NCBI GenBank assembly: GCA_049322955.1
Contig: JBMOPU010000033.1
Location: forward strand, 64,784 to 128,783
Source: Patescibacteria group bacterium
GTDB lineage: Bacteria > Patescibacteriota > Microgenomatia > UBA10105 > UBA927
Length of the DNA stretch: 64,000 nt
Direction of reading: 5' to 3'
Made by a program: the position numbers and the translations under genes. Shown piece by piece: positions 49,464 through 58,254 of this stretch (positions within the stretch are counted from its first letter, which is position 1; each line of letters starts with the position of its first letter). Below the pieces are notes generated by a model. The model ran no database searches and had not been told where the DNA came from. It saw nothing but the letters and a program-made list of their open reading frames with translations.

Positions 49464-50426
49464 ATGGACATAACAATGGCTCGCAATAAAATATCCGAGA
49501 TACTTGGAATTGATTTATCTGAAGCAGATATTATTGTGGCAAAGGCTATTGATGGAGGAGAAGTTATTGGTAATGACTTTTCCGATTGGCTAACTAACAG
49601 ATTTTTGCCAAACATAGTTTATATAGATGAGAGTGGGTATGCACGAATGTGCGTTGATGCTTTAAAAATTCTTCAAACAACTGCAGCAACTGATTATGGC
49701 AGTTCAAGACAGAGAGATTTAGGTCAACTATGGGGGGATATGACGCGCGGATATTTAGCTGAGTTTGCTTTCACACTATTCCTTAAAGAGAGGTGGAACA
49801 TAGATACTCGGCTAGGGCATGAGCAGGGTAGTTTAATCGATTACTTGCCGATGGATATACACAAAGTGAAAAAAGAATCTGACAAAGAATTTCGAGATCC
49901 TGCTATAAAAGTTAGTGTAAAAGGAACCAAATGGAATGGTATATGGTTTGATATTCCGAATCAGCAATTTTCTCATTCGGATGTTAATGTTTTAGTGAAG
50001 GTTGGAGTCACAAGAGATCATTTGTTTGCCTACTTTCGACATATATCAGTTTTTAAGGATAAGATCCTTAAAAAGGGTATGGAAATTGGTGCAATTTCTC
50101 AGACAGAAGCCGATTTTTTGTATGAAGCCCTCCCAAAGTTTAGGAGGATTCCCGCATATATAGCCGGGTTTGTAATAAGGGATTACGAATACGCACCTCT
50201 TAGTTATGGTGGTTCAAAAGGAAGAGTAAATTACACAATTTCTTCATGGAATGGGCCGATACAAGCAGGGGATCTTGATCAAATAAAAATAAACGAATCG
50301 ATAAAGGGATCGGTTAAGTTTAAGTCAATTGGATCATTTGCACATGATCGTGGCTATCTTTTTAATACCGGAAACTTAAGTTGGTCAACATCTGATTGGC
50401 AAAGGTTAGTCATCAATCGCTTATAA
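49464..50426 (+). CDS. Putative type II restriction endonuclease
   Basis: Starts 2 nt after the methylase, same composition; GYLAE...PMD...SVK fits a PD-(D/E)xK variant. Confidence 0.7.
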   Translation: MDITMARNKISEILGIDLSEADIIVAKAIDGGEVIGNDFSDWLTNRFLPNIVYIDESGYARMCVDALKILQTTAATDYGSSRQRDLGQLWGDMTRGYLAEFAFTLFLKERWNIDTRLGHEQGSLIDYLPMDIHKVKKESDKEFRDPAIKVSVKGTKWNGIWFDIPNQQFSHSDVNVLVKVGVTRDHLFAYFRHISVFKDKILKKGMEIGAISQTEADFLYEALPKFRRIPAYIAGFVIRDYEYAPLSYGGSKGRVNYTISSWNGPIQAGDLDQIKINESIKGSVKFKSIGSFAHDRGYLFNTGNLSWSTSDWQRLVINRL

Positions 50427-50465
50427 GCTTTAACCTTATCATTTCTTGATAGCTATAATACGGGT

Positions 50466-51308
50466 ATGAAGATCGATGTCGCCAAACAAAAGATATTGCT
50501 TCTTAACGATCAGGTGACCCGAGACGTTGCCGAAAAAAAGGCCTGGGAGAAAAAGACTAACGCCTTTGATGCGCTCAGTAAAGTTACGGGGTTTTTCTCC
50601 CGTCCCAAGGACGATGATTTCGAGTTAACTTACACTGAGCATCGGTATCAGCCGTTTTGGCATGTGGTAGCCAATGCCCGCTACGTCTATGACCGCAATA
50701 CCACCTATCAAATCAGCGTCGGGGGAAAAGAAGTGCGGTCGGTAACGCTCCTTGATGCCGATTATCAGGAAACAAACGGGCATATCCATGTCCCCGTAGT
50801 GGAACACTGCGTGCAGGAAGAACATGAGGAAGTCTATGTGGACGGCGTAAGCGGCAAACAGGAAGCGGACCTATCAGGATATATAAAAAAATCCTCGGAA
50901 GAAGTGAAAGGGAAGATCGAAAAACTGGTGGAGAACGATGCGATTGTCGTGCCGCCGCAGGCAAGGGTATCGGCGATCATGCGCGATGCGCTTTCAAAAA
51001 TGATCAAAGGGATTCAGGCGGATAAAATACTCGAGGAGCACGTGGAAGTGACGACGGTCAATCTCTATTACCGTCCTATCTATGCATTTCAGTATCACTG
51101 GAAAAGCAAAGGCAAAGACGGCATTGTGGAAATAGACGGTATTACGGGCAATGTGTCCTCGGGGAGCCGTATATTCCGTGAGTATCTCGGCAAAGTACTC
51201 GATACGGATTTTCTGTTTGATATCGGTGCCGATGCCGCGGGCATGTTTATTCCCGGCGGCAGTATTGCCGTCAAAGCCGCGCGAAAATATATTGCGACAA
51301 AGAAGTAA
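50466..51308 (+). CDS. Hypothetical protein
   Basis: 280-aa ORF, host-like composition, TATAAT 6 nt before the ATG. Confidence 0.7.
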   Translation: MKIDVAKQKILLLNDQVTRDVAEKKAWEKKTNAFDALSKVTGFFSRPKDDDFELTYTEHRYQPFWHVVANARYVYDRNTTYQISVGGKEVRSVTLLDADYQETNGHIHVPVVEHCVQEEHEEVYVDGVSGKQEADLSGYIKKSSEEVKGKIEKLVENDAIVVPPQARVSAIMRDALSKMIKGIQADKILEEHVEVTTVNLYYRPIYAFQYHWKSKGKDGIVEIDGITGNVSSGSRIFREYLGKVLDTDFLFDIGADAAGMFIPGGSIAVKAARKYIATKK

Positions 51309-51316
51309 CTCTCCCG

Positions 51317-52549
51317 TCAGATGACGAATTTTCCGTCCCGATAAATCGGCTGTATCGTGCCGTCTGAAAGTTCCGCATCAATGTTTCTATCGGTTGTCAT
51401 GATGATGTCGGTATGCACCGAACAGTTCGGATCGTTAAACCCAAGCGCCTCCCATTGCTCGGGCGAAAGTGATGCGGGGTCGCCGTCATACGTATCTTTG
51501 TAGCTCATGCCGACCGCAAGATGTGAGTTGCCGAATTTGCCGCCCATGTTTTCGTCAAAGAGCGTATTACACATGGGTCGGGTGATGCGGGACAATCTGC
51601 TGTCGGTCATGGAAAATTCGCCGATATAGTCGGCATTGGGTTGGGCGAGCATCGTACGGAGGATGTGTTCGTTCGTGTCCGCGTTTGCCTCCGTCACTTT
51701 TCCGTTTTTGAACGTCAGACGGATATTTTCGATACGAACGCCGTTATAAAACAGCGGTTCGTTAAACGACACGTGTCCTTCGGTATAGCGTTTGTCGGGG
51801 GACACGAACATTTCGTAACTCGGGATATTTCTACCGCTTCCCGCCATCCATTTCCGTTTTTCTCCGAGGGTGATCCATAGGTCGGTGCCAACGGCTGTCA
51901 TGTGCAGGCGTTTGATCGGCATGCTCTGCAACATAGTGCGAACCCGTTCAAGTTCGACAAACGTTTTCTTCCAGCTTGCGATCGGGTCAGGGTCATTCAG
52001 GTAACAGGCGTTGATGATCTGTTCCCAGTATTCTTCAAGCGTCATGCCCGCTTCCTTGGCGTATTCTTCGGTTCCCCAAAAGGCGAGTGTCCAGGTGTAC
52101 TTGCCGTGGGCTTCCTTGTCATTTAACCATTCGCGCATAGGTTGGGCGGATTTGGCTCGGGCAAGAATTTTTGCGGGAGGTACTCCTTCCAATCCGTGCG
52201 GGGACTCGAGCGGCAGGATAACGATGCGGTGATCGATGGTATCGACGATCGCCTTATTCCACTCCTTCGGAAAAAACATAAGTTGCTGGTCATTTGCCGT
52301 CATGTAGAAATCCTTCTCATATCCCATGGGGATATATTTGAGCATCGGATGCGCACCCGCTTTAAGGATCGCCGTTTGGAGTGCCCCGTACATGGGTTTT
52401 GCCCAGTCGGGGACGATGCAATAGACTACTTGTCCCGGTTTCACCCCATCACCGTCATTGAGCGCGAAGTTTACCAACACATCAGCATAGTTACGGATAA
52501 TTTTTTCCGACGGCAGAAAGGGTGCGTGTTTAACGGATTGTTTAGTCAT
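51317..52549 (-). CDS. Aminopeptidase, family M29 (AmpS/AmpT-like)
   Basis: NIPSYEMFVSP, GEF, TLFDEN, HLAVG..Y, SVHTD. Confidence 0.9.
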   Translation of the reverse strand: MTKQSVKHAPFLPSEKIIRNYADVLVNFALNDGDGVKPGQVVYCIVPDWAKPMYGALQTAILKAGAHPMLKYIPMGYEKDFYMTANDQQLMFFPKEWNKAIVDTIDHRIVILPLESPHGLEGVPPAKILARAKSAQPMREWLNDKEAHGKYTWTLAFWGTEEYAKEAGMTLEEYWEQIINACYLNDPDPIASWKKTFVELERVRTMLQSMPIKRLHMTAVGTDLWITLGEKRKWMAGSGRNIPSYEMFVSPDKRYTEGHVSFNEPLFYNGVRIENIRLTFKNGKVTEANADTNEHILRTMLAQPNADYIGEFSMTDSRLSRITRPMCNTLFDENMGGKFGNSHLAVGMSYKDTYDGDPASLSPEQWEALGFNDPNCSVHTDIIMTTDRNIDAELSDGTIQPIYRDGKFVI

Positions 52550-52616
52550 AATAACTTTATATTGTCGCATATATCTCTATAGTTTAGAATGCCTTTCTGC
52601 TATAGTATGCCTTGCC

Positions 52617-53795
52617 ATGATTTCCAATATCGTTAAATGCAAAAACTGCGGAGCCGACATTGAAATCACCGATGCGTTCGCGCACCAGGTCGAAGAGGAA
52701 CTCACCCGAAAGCTTGAGAGCAAGCACGCCCAAAGTCTTGCCGATGCCGTAAAACTTGCCGAACAAAAAGCTTCCGATAAAGCGGCAAAGGATTTCCAAC
52801 TCAAACTTGAATCGGCAACGGCGGATGCCCGTGAGGAAAAAGAACGCAACAAAAAACTCATGGACGACGTTTCAAAAATGACTGACGAACTGCGGGCACT
52901 GCGGCGCAGAGACGAAGAACGCGAACTCGAGATGAAAAAAACGCTCGCCGACAATGAGTCAAAAATCAGGGAAGAGGCACGTAAAAAAGCGCTTGAGGAG
53001 CATGAATTGAAGGATCTCGAAAACGAAAAGCAGAAAGCTGATCTCAAGAAAAAAATCGAGGAACTCAATACCAAGCTTCTCCAGGGTTCACAACAAACAC
53101 AGGGAGAAGTTATGGAACTGGAAATAGAAGAATTACTTCGCAAAGAATGTCCGCGAGATGTGATCGAAGAAGTCAAAAAAGGACAACGGGGGGCGGATAT
53201 CACCCAACACGTTATCGACAAGCGGGGAAACGAGTGCGGCATTATCTTATGGGAATCAAAAAATGCCCAATGGTCCGATACCTGGATAGCAAAACTTAAG
53301 GACGATCAGCGGGTGGCAAAGGCTGATTTGGCGGTATTGGTGGTGACCAACATGCCCAAAAAACAGGAAGGTTTTTTTTATGACAGCGAAAACCGTATCT
53401 GGATATGTCCCCGAAAACAGGTAGTGCCTCTTGCCCTTTCCCTAAGCTGGGGACTTATCGCCGTTCGCTTTGAACGCAATATCCAGGCGGGCAAAGATGA
53501 AAAAAAGGAAATACTGTATCAGTACATCACCAGCATGGAATTCCGTCAGCGGATGGAAGCGATCAAGGAATCATTTACCGGCATGCAGGAAGAGATCGAA
53601 AAAGAAAAACGCTGGTTTGCGCAAAAATGGTCGAGACAGGAAAAACAGCTCCGTAAAGTGATCGACAACACTCACGGGTTATACGGTGATTTGGAAGGAG
53701 TGGTAGGATCACTTCCCGAACTGAAAGAAACTCCCGCAACCCCGCTGACACAGGAGGCGGGCGTGCTCCCGCTTATCGAAGATAAGCCGTTTTAA
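52617..53795 (+). CDS. DUF2130 family coiled-coil protein
   Basis: N-terminal CKNC, coiled coil, GSQQTQGEV.E, GAD, ILWESK, W..KLKDDQR. Confidence 0.82.
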   Translation: MISNIVKCKNCGADIEITDAFAHQVEEELTRKLESKHAQSLADAVKLAEQKASDKAAKDFQLKLESATADAREEKERNKKLMDDVSKMTDELRALRRRDEERELEMKKTLADNESKIREEARKKALEEHELKDLENEKQKADLKKKIEELNTKLLQGSQQTQGEVMELEIEELLRKECPRDVIEEVKKGQRGADITQHVIDKRGNECGIILWESKNAQWSDTWIAKLKDDQRVAKADLAVLVVTNMPKKQEGFFYDSENRIWICPRKQVVPLALSLSWGLIAVRFERNIQAGKDEKKEILYQYITSMEFRQRMEAIKESFTGMQEEIEKEKRWFAQKWSRQEKQLRKVIDNTHGLYGDLEGVVGSLPELKETPATPLTQEAGVLPLIEDKPF

Positions 53796-54340
53796 GCATC
53801 TTCCGCATCGGGAGGTTCGGGTGGGAGAAATTCCTCACCGTTAGACCCCTGACTTACGGGGTATTCACCGGGTTTAAGCCACTGTACATACGTGCAACCC
53901 GTTGCGACTTTCTTTTCTCTGTCCCAACCCGAGGTTGAACATTTTTTCATTTTTTTGCCTGCCGCGGTCGTATAAAGGACAAGCGGCTTGCCGCACTCGG
54001 GACATGCTTCATCAAGTGCTTCCGTGGTGCCGTTAATCCATTCGACGTAATCGCATCCTTCCGCTTTCTTGGTTTCGCGATTCCAGGTGTTGGTTGAGCA
54101 CTTCTTCATCTTTTTACCGAAGCGGGTTACCACCATGACGAGCGGACTGCCGCATTTGGGGCACTTTTCATCGAGAGCTTTCGGTTCGGGAACGATCCAT
54201 TTGACGAAGTCACACCCTTCATTTTTCTTCGTTTCGGGATTCCATCTTCCCGCCGTACATCGTTGCATCTGTTTACCGGACTTTGTTTCAACCACCGGAC
54301 CCAAAGGACTTCCACATTTCGGACAATTTGTATCTGTCAT
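53792..54340 (-). CDS. Stand-alone protein with three topoisomerase-type C4 zinc ribbons
   Basis: Three repeats of CPxCG.PL...GK.M..C...W......GC..V.W. Confidence 0.8.
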   Translation of the reverse strand: MTDTNCPKCGSPLGPVVETKSGKQMQRCTAGRWNPETKKNEGCDFVKWIVPEPKALDEKCPKCGSPLVMVVTRFGKKMKKCSTNTWNRETKKAEGCDYVEWINGTTEALDEACPECGKPLVLYTTAAGKKMKKCSTSGWDREKKVATGCTYVQWLKPGEYPVSQGSNGEEFLPPEPPDAEDA

Positions 54341-54418
54341 ATGAAAAAACTATAGCGGGAGTTCGGTTGTGATGCAAGGGTGTTTTTTCATCGGGAACTA
54401 TGGTGCTATACTTTATCG

Positions 54419-54787
54419 GTGAACAATTCCGTCTCCCTTTCCTCACATCTGTTGTTTGCCAAGCGACTCACGCAAGTTATGGATCTCCGATACACCGTTT
54501 TCGGTATCCGATTCGGCATCGATCCGTTACTCAACGTTATTCCCGGGCTAGGCAATACCCTTGCCGCAATGACATCATTGTATCTGTTGTGGCTTGCAAC
54601 GAAACTTCATGTTCCCTCGTGGGTCTATGCCAGAATGCTTTGGAACATCAGTATTGATTACGTGGTCGGCGTTGTTCCCTATATCGGCATCGTGTTTGAT
54701 ATTTTTTATCGCGCCAACGCCAAAAATTTCGCATTACTCGAAAAATATTTCGATCCTTCCGTTATAGAAGGGGAAGTGGTTTCATAA
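54419..54787 (+). CDS. DUF4112 family membrane protein
   Basis: MD.....GIRFGIDPL..IPG.G, RMLWN..ID..VG.VP..G..FD..Y.AN.KN; GTG start 6 nt after TATACT. Confidence 0.8.
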   Translation: MNNSVSLSSHLLFAKRLTQVMDLRYTVFGIRFGIDPLLNVIPGLGNTLAAMTSLYLLWLATKLHVPSWVYARMLWNISIDYVVGVVPYIGIVFDIFYRANAKNFALLEKYFDPSVIEGEVVS

Positions 54788-54834
54788 TTTCGCTGATTAC
54801 ATCACACCACTTTTGTGTATAATAGAAATCCGAT

Positions 54835-55476
54835 ATGAAACGGTCCTATATATGGGTAGCAATCGCCGGATTGGTTCTTGTTGCGATAGCAATCTATTTA
54901 CGACTTTTCAAACCAAACACTATGAACCGAAATACCTCCGATTCGACGCCGACCGTACAGCCCGATGCGCGACCTATGCCGCCTTCAATGTCCATTGATG
55001 TGAACAAACGATATACCGCCACCCTGAAAACGACGGCCGGTGATATCGTCATAGAACTTTTCGCAAAAGAAACGCCGAATACCGTTAACAATTTTGTATA
55101 CCTTGCACGGAAAGGTTTTTATAACGGGACACCGTTTCATCGTGTGATTCCGTCCTTTATGATCCAAGGGGGAGATCCCCGCGGCAACGGTACCGGAGGA
55201 CCCGGGTACACGTTCCCCGACGAACCGTTTAGCGGGACATACGCCCGGGGAACGGTTGCCATGGCAAATGCCGGCCCGGACACCAACGGCAGTCAATTTT
55301 TTATCATGCATGCGGATTACGATTTGTCTCCCGATTATGTGATTTTCGGAAAAGTCGTCGATGGCATGTCCGCCGTTGATGCAATCGCGACCGCACCAAC
55401 CGTCCAAGACGGTCGGGAAAATTCCCGTCCCGTCACTCCAGTTACCGTCACCTCGGTCGATATCATCGAACGCTGA
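54835..55476 (+). CDS. Cyclophilin-type peptidyl-prolyl isomerase, membrane anchored
   Basis: FHRVIPSFMIQGGD, AMANAGPDTNGSQFFI. Confidence 0.95.
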   Translation: MKRSYIWVAIAGLVLVAIAIYLRLFKPNTMNRNTSDSTPTVQPDARPMPPSMSIDVNKRYTATLKTTAGDIVIELFAKETPNTVNNFVYLARKGFYNGTPFHRVIPSFMIQGGDPRGNGTGGPGYTFPDEPFSGTYARGTVAMANAGPDTNGSQFFIMHADYDLSPDYVIFGKVVDGMSAVDAIATAPTVQDGRENSRPVTPVTVTSVDIIER

Positions 55477-55553
55477 TCCCTCGCCTTTCTTCGGTATGCT
55501 ATCGTACGGCAACCCGTATTTTTGCGTGATACGATCCTCCTAAGGAGGCGCCT

Positions 55554-55952
55554 ATGAGAGGATATATCGCCAATATCGAAAAGCTGACGCTTGCAAACAA
55601 CAACTTCCGCACCGTGCTGTACACTGCTTCACATTGCCAACTGGTCGTGATGACCATCCCTCCCGGAAGCGACATCGGGGAAGAAGTCCATGAGGAAAAC
55701 GATCAGTTTTTTCGCGTTGAAAAGGGAACCGGTCAAGTCGTCATCGACGGGGTGACCCATGAAATTTCTGACGGCATGGCGATCGTCGTTCCCGCGGGGG
55801 CAACGCATAATCTCGTCAATACGTCCCCGACAGAGTCATTACGCCTCTATACGCTGTACAGTCCGCCGCATCATGTAGATGCCATTGTTCATCGGACGAA
55901 GGAAGAAGCGCAAAAAGACGACGAAGCATACGACGGCATCACCACGGAGTAA
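55554..55952 (+). CDS. Cupin domain protein
   Basis: QLVVM, IGEEVH..DQFF, VPAG..HN, YSPPHH; SD AAGGAGG. Confidence 0.85.
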   Translation: MRGYIANIEKLTLANNNFRTVLYTASHCQLVVMTIPPGSDIGEEVHEENDQFFRVEKGTGQVVIDGVTHEISDGMAIVVPAGATHNLVNTSPTESLRLYTLYSPPHHVDAIVHRTKEEAQKDDEAYDGITTE

Positions 55953-55958
55953 TCGCCG

Positions 55959-56282
55959 TTACGATTTTTTCTGTTCTTTCTGGATGGTTTTCCAGTGATA
56001 GAGGTACAGCGGCAGTCCCACGGCAATCATGGCAACGGCTCCCGACAGTTCCCGCTGACGGTTTCGCGTTTGTTCGCGTGCCGCCTGTTCCTTCATAGCC
56101 TGTTCATTTTCCGGTGCCGGTTCTCCGGGGAGCTTGGGGGAGACGTATTCATACCGATCCGCTTCCGGAAACACAAACACTTTTAGTCCCAGGTCGATGA
56201 GACGAACAGAACCGATAACCACAGTGAGGAGGCCGACAAAAGAGAACAGATACAGATAGATAAATCGGATATTGAGCTTCAT
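55959..56282 (-). CDS. Membrane protein, DUF5671-like
   Basis: IYLYLFSFVGL...VGLPLYLYHW. Confidence 0.7.
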   Translation of the reverse strand: MKLNIRFIYLYLFSFVGLLTVVIGSVRLIDLGLKVFVFPEADRYEYVSPKLPGEPAPENEQAMKEQAAREQTRNRQRELSGAVAMIAVGLPLYLYHWKTIQKEQKKS

Positions 56283-56343
56283 GATATTCATCATACCATA
56301 GTGAAACGATGTCGGCTGATGTCGGGTGATATATACTAACCTC

Positions 56344-57102
56344 ATGCAACACGTGGCAACGCGGAAATATTCGCCCCAAAGTCATGAGCCGTTTAAACTA
56401 AGCCGTACCAAACTGGATTTATTCCGTGAGTGTCCGCGGTGCTTCTATCTTGATCGGCGGTTGGGAGTTTCCCGTCCCAGCATGCCGGGATTTTCGTTAA
56501 ACTCGGCAGTTGATCACTTGCTCAAAAAAGAATTTGATCTGTTGCGGGAACAGGGAAAACGACATGAAATCATGAAGCAATACGGAGTTGATGCCACGCC
56601 GTTTGTGCACCCCGAGCTTGCCGCATGGCGCGAAAATTTCATCGGCAAACAAGTGCTTCATAAGAAAACCAATTTCATCGTATTTGGAGCGGTTGATGAT
56701 ATATGGGTGAACCCCGATGGAGAACTTATCATCGTTGATTACAAGTCAACGTCAACGGAAAAAGAACTGTCACTCGAAGATCAGTGGAAGACTGGATACA
56801 AACGGCAGCTGGAAGTGTACCAATGGTTGTTCCGGGAAAGCGGGTTTGCGGTGAGTAACACGTCCTATATCGTGTATGCAAACGCGCTAAAGAGTCCCCG
56901 TCAGTTTGACGGACGATTGGAATTTACGCTTTCACTGCTTGCCCACAAAGGAGATACCAAGTGGATTGAGCCGATGCTTATTGCGATAAAAACCTGTCTT
57001 GACGGTGACGGATTGCCTCCCGCACAAGATGCCTGTGAATACTGCGCGTACCGCACTCGTGCGGGAGCTCATGAAACGGTACAAGGACAACTCTTACTGT
57101 GA
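56344..57102 (+). CDS. PD-(D/E)xK nuclease (PDDEXK_1/RecB/Cas4-like)
   Basis: LSR....F..CPRC, GAVDD, IVDYKS, QLEVY, CEYC. Confidence 0.85.
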   Translation: MQHVATRKYSPQSHEPFKLSRTKLDLFRECPRCFYLDRRLGVSRPSMPGFSLNSAVDHLLKKEFDLLREQGKRHEIMKQYGVDATPFVHPELAAWRENFIGKQVLHKKTNFIVFGAVDDIWVNPDGELIIVDYKSTSTEKELSLEDQWKTGYKRQLEVYQWLFRESGFAVSNTSYIVYANALKSPRQFDGRLEFTLSLLAHKGDTKWIEPMLIAIKTCLDGDGLPPAQDACEYCAYRTRAGAHETVQGQLLL

Positions 57103-57114
57103 TATCGTATATTC

Positions 57115-57630
57115 ATGAAGCGAAAAAAATCAGTGCGATCCTCATCCGATTCCCGAGCGTTTCAATGGAGGTCATTACTCTTTTGGATCACACTGTGTGA
57201 ACTGGCGGGGATAGCGGGATCCGTTTTTACCGTGTCCGCAATTCCTACGTGGTATGCAACCCTCAACCGTCCGTCCTTTAGTCCGCCGAATTGGTTGTTC
57301 GGACCCGTTTGGGTGATCTTATATATGTTGATGGGTATTGCGATAGCGTTGGTTCGTCAGCACACCGCCATGAAAAACCGGGTGCAAAAAGCGACCCAAC
57401 TTTTTCTCGTGCACCTTGCCGCCAACGCGTTGTGGTCGCCGATTTTTTTCGGCACAAAAAATATTCCGCTTTCCTTTGTCGTCATCGGATTTGTTTGGGT
57501 AAGTCTTATCCTTCTTATTTTCCGTTTTTATGAAATCGAGAAAAAAAGCGCCTACCTTTTGCTTCCGTATCTTGCGTGGATATCGTTTGCCACCGTACTC
57601 AATTATAATATTTGGTTATTAAACCCCTGA
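57115..57630 (+). CDS. tspO: TspO/MBR tryptophan-rich sensory protein
   Basis: WY..L..PSFSPPNWLFGPVW..LY, N..WS..FF, LLLPYLAW..FA..LN. Confidence 0.92.
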   Translation: MKRKKSVRSSSDSRAFQWRSLLFWITLCELAGIAGSVFTVSAIPTWYATLNRPSFSPPNWLFGPVWVILYMLMGIAIALVRQHTAMKNRVQKATQLFLVHLAANALWSPIFFGTKNIPLSFVVIGFVWVSLILLIFRFYEIEKKSAYLLLPYLAWISFATVLNYNIWLLNP

Positions 57631-57632
57631 CG

Positions 57633-58049
57633 TCAGATCAGGGTGGTGAGGATTGCCCCCATCACAAGGAAGGATACAAGCTGATACCCGCTGTTTATAA
57701 GAAATAGTCCCCAGGGCATCTCGGCAAAAAGGACGCTTGTCAGCATCGTGGTGGTGACAAAACCCAACCATATCACACCGGAAACCATGAGTCCCTCACC
57801 GACATCCATCACCAGTGTCGCGTTGAGAAGTACTGCGAGTGCATAGGCGGTAACAAGAGTTGCAAGAAACGATATGCCGTATGTTTTTGGCAGGGAGTTT
57901 TTGGTTTTTTTCAGTTTTTTCTCATCGATCTTTGCATATTTCATCCAGGGTTTTCCAAACAACACCGGGGAATACCAGACAAATCCCGTTACCATACTGG
58001 CAAGTGCGGCAATAAGCACGGCGACATAATTGACGGAGAGGTAAAACAT
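57633..58049 (-). CDS. DUF1761 family membrane protein
   Basis: GFVWYSPVLFGKPWM, LINSGY. Confidence 0.85.
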   Translation of the reverse strand: MFYLSVNYVAVLIAALASMVTGFVWYSPVLFGKPWMKYAKIDEKKLKKTKNSLPKTYGISFLATLVTAYALAVLLNATLVMDVGEGLMVSGVIWLGFVTTTMLTSVLFAEMPWGLFLINSGYQLVSFLVMGAILTTLI

Positions 58050-58124
58050 AGTCCAAGTATTCCTTTCTGTTTCCAGTATTTCGCACAAGGGGTGTATGAG
58101 TCAACATAGGGCGCTACTCCGTGC

Positions 58125-58152
58125 TTGACAAAGAAAAAATGCGCGATATAAT
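58125..58152 (+). promoter_or_regulatory. Sigma70 promoter of rpoBC
   Basis: TTGACA-N16-TATAAT. Confidence 0.7.
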
Positions 58153-58173
58153 AATGGTTACTTGAATAGCCTT

Positions 58174-58206
58174 AAGGAGGCGAACGTTCATTGTTCGCTT
58201 CTTTTT
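58174..58206 (+). terminator. Attenuator-like hairpin in the rpoB leader
   Basis: AAGGAGGCGAAC-loop-GTTCGCTTCTT followed by TTT. Confidence 0.6.
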
Positions 58207-58254
58207 GTCGTTCTTTACAACAGTATAAATCGATCTTATTAAAAGCATTACGTA

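Larger units (their letters stand above)
48110..50450. mobile_element. AT-rich, horizontally acquired restriction-modification island (boundaries approximate)
   Basis: Abrupt drop in GC and changed codon usage relative to the flanks; no integrase or terminal repeats seen. Confidence 0.65.

Noticed and set aside
48100-50460. Target-site duplication or att sites around the R-M island
   Set aside because: No convincing direct or inverted repeats found by eye
56344-57102. Cas4-like nuclease as a sign of CRISPR-Cas
   Set aside because: No repeat-spacer array or other cas genes in the window
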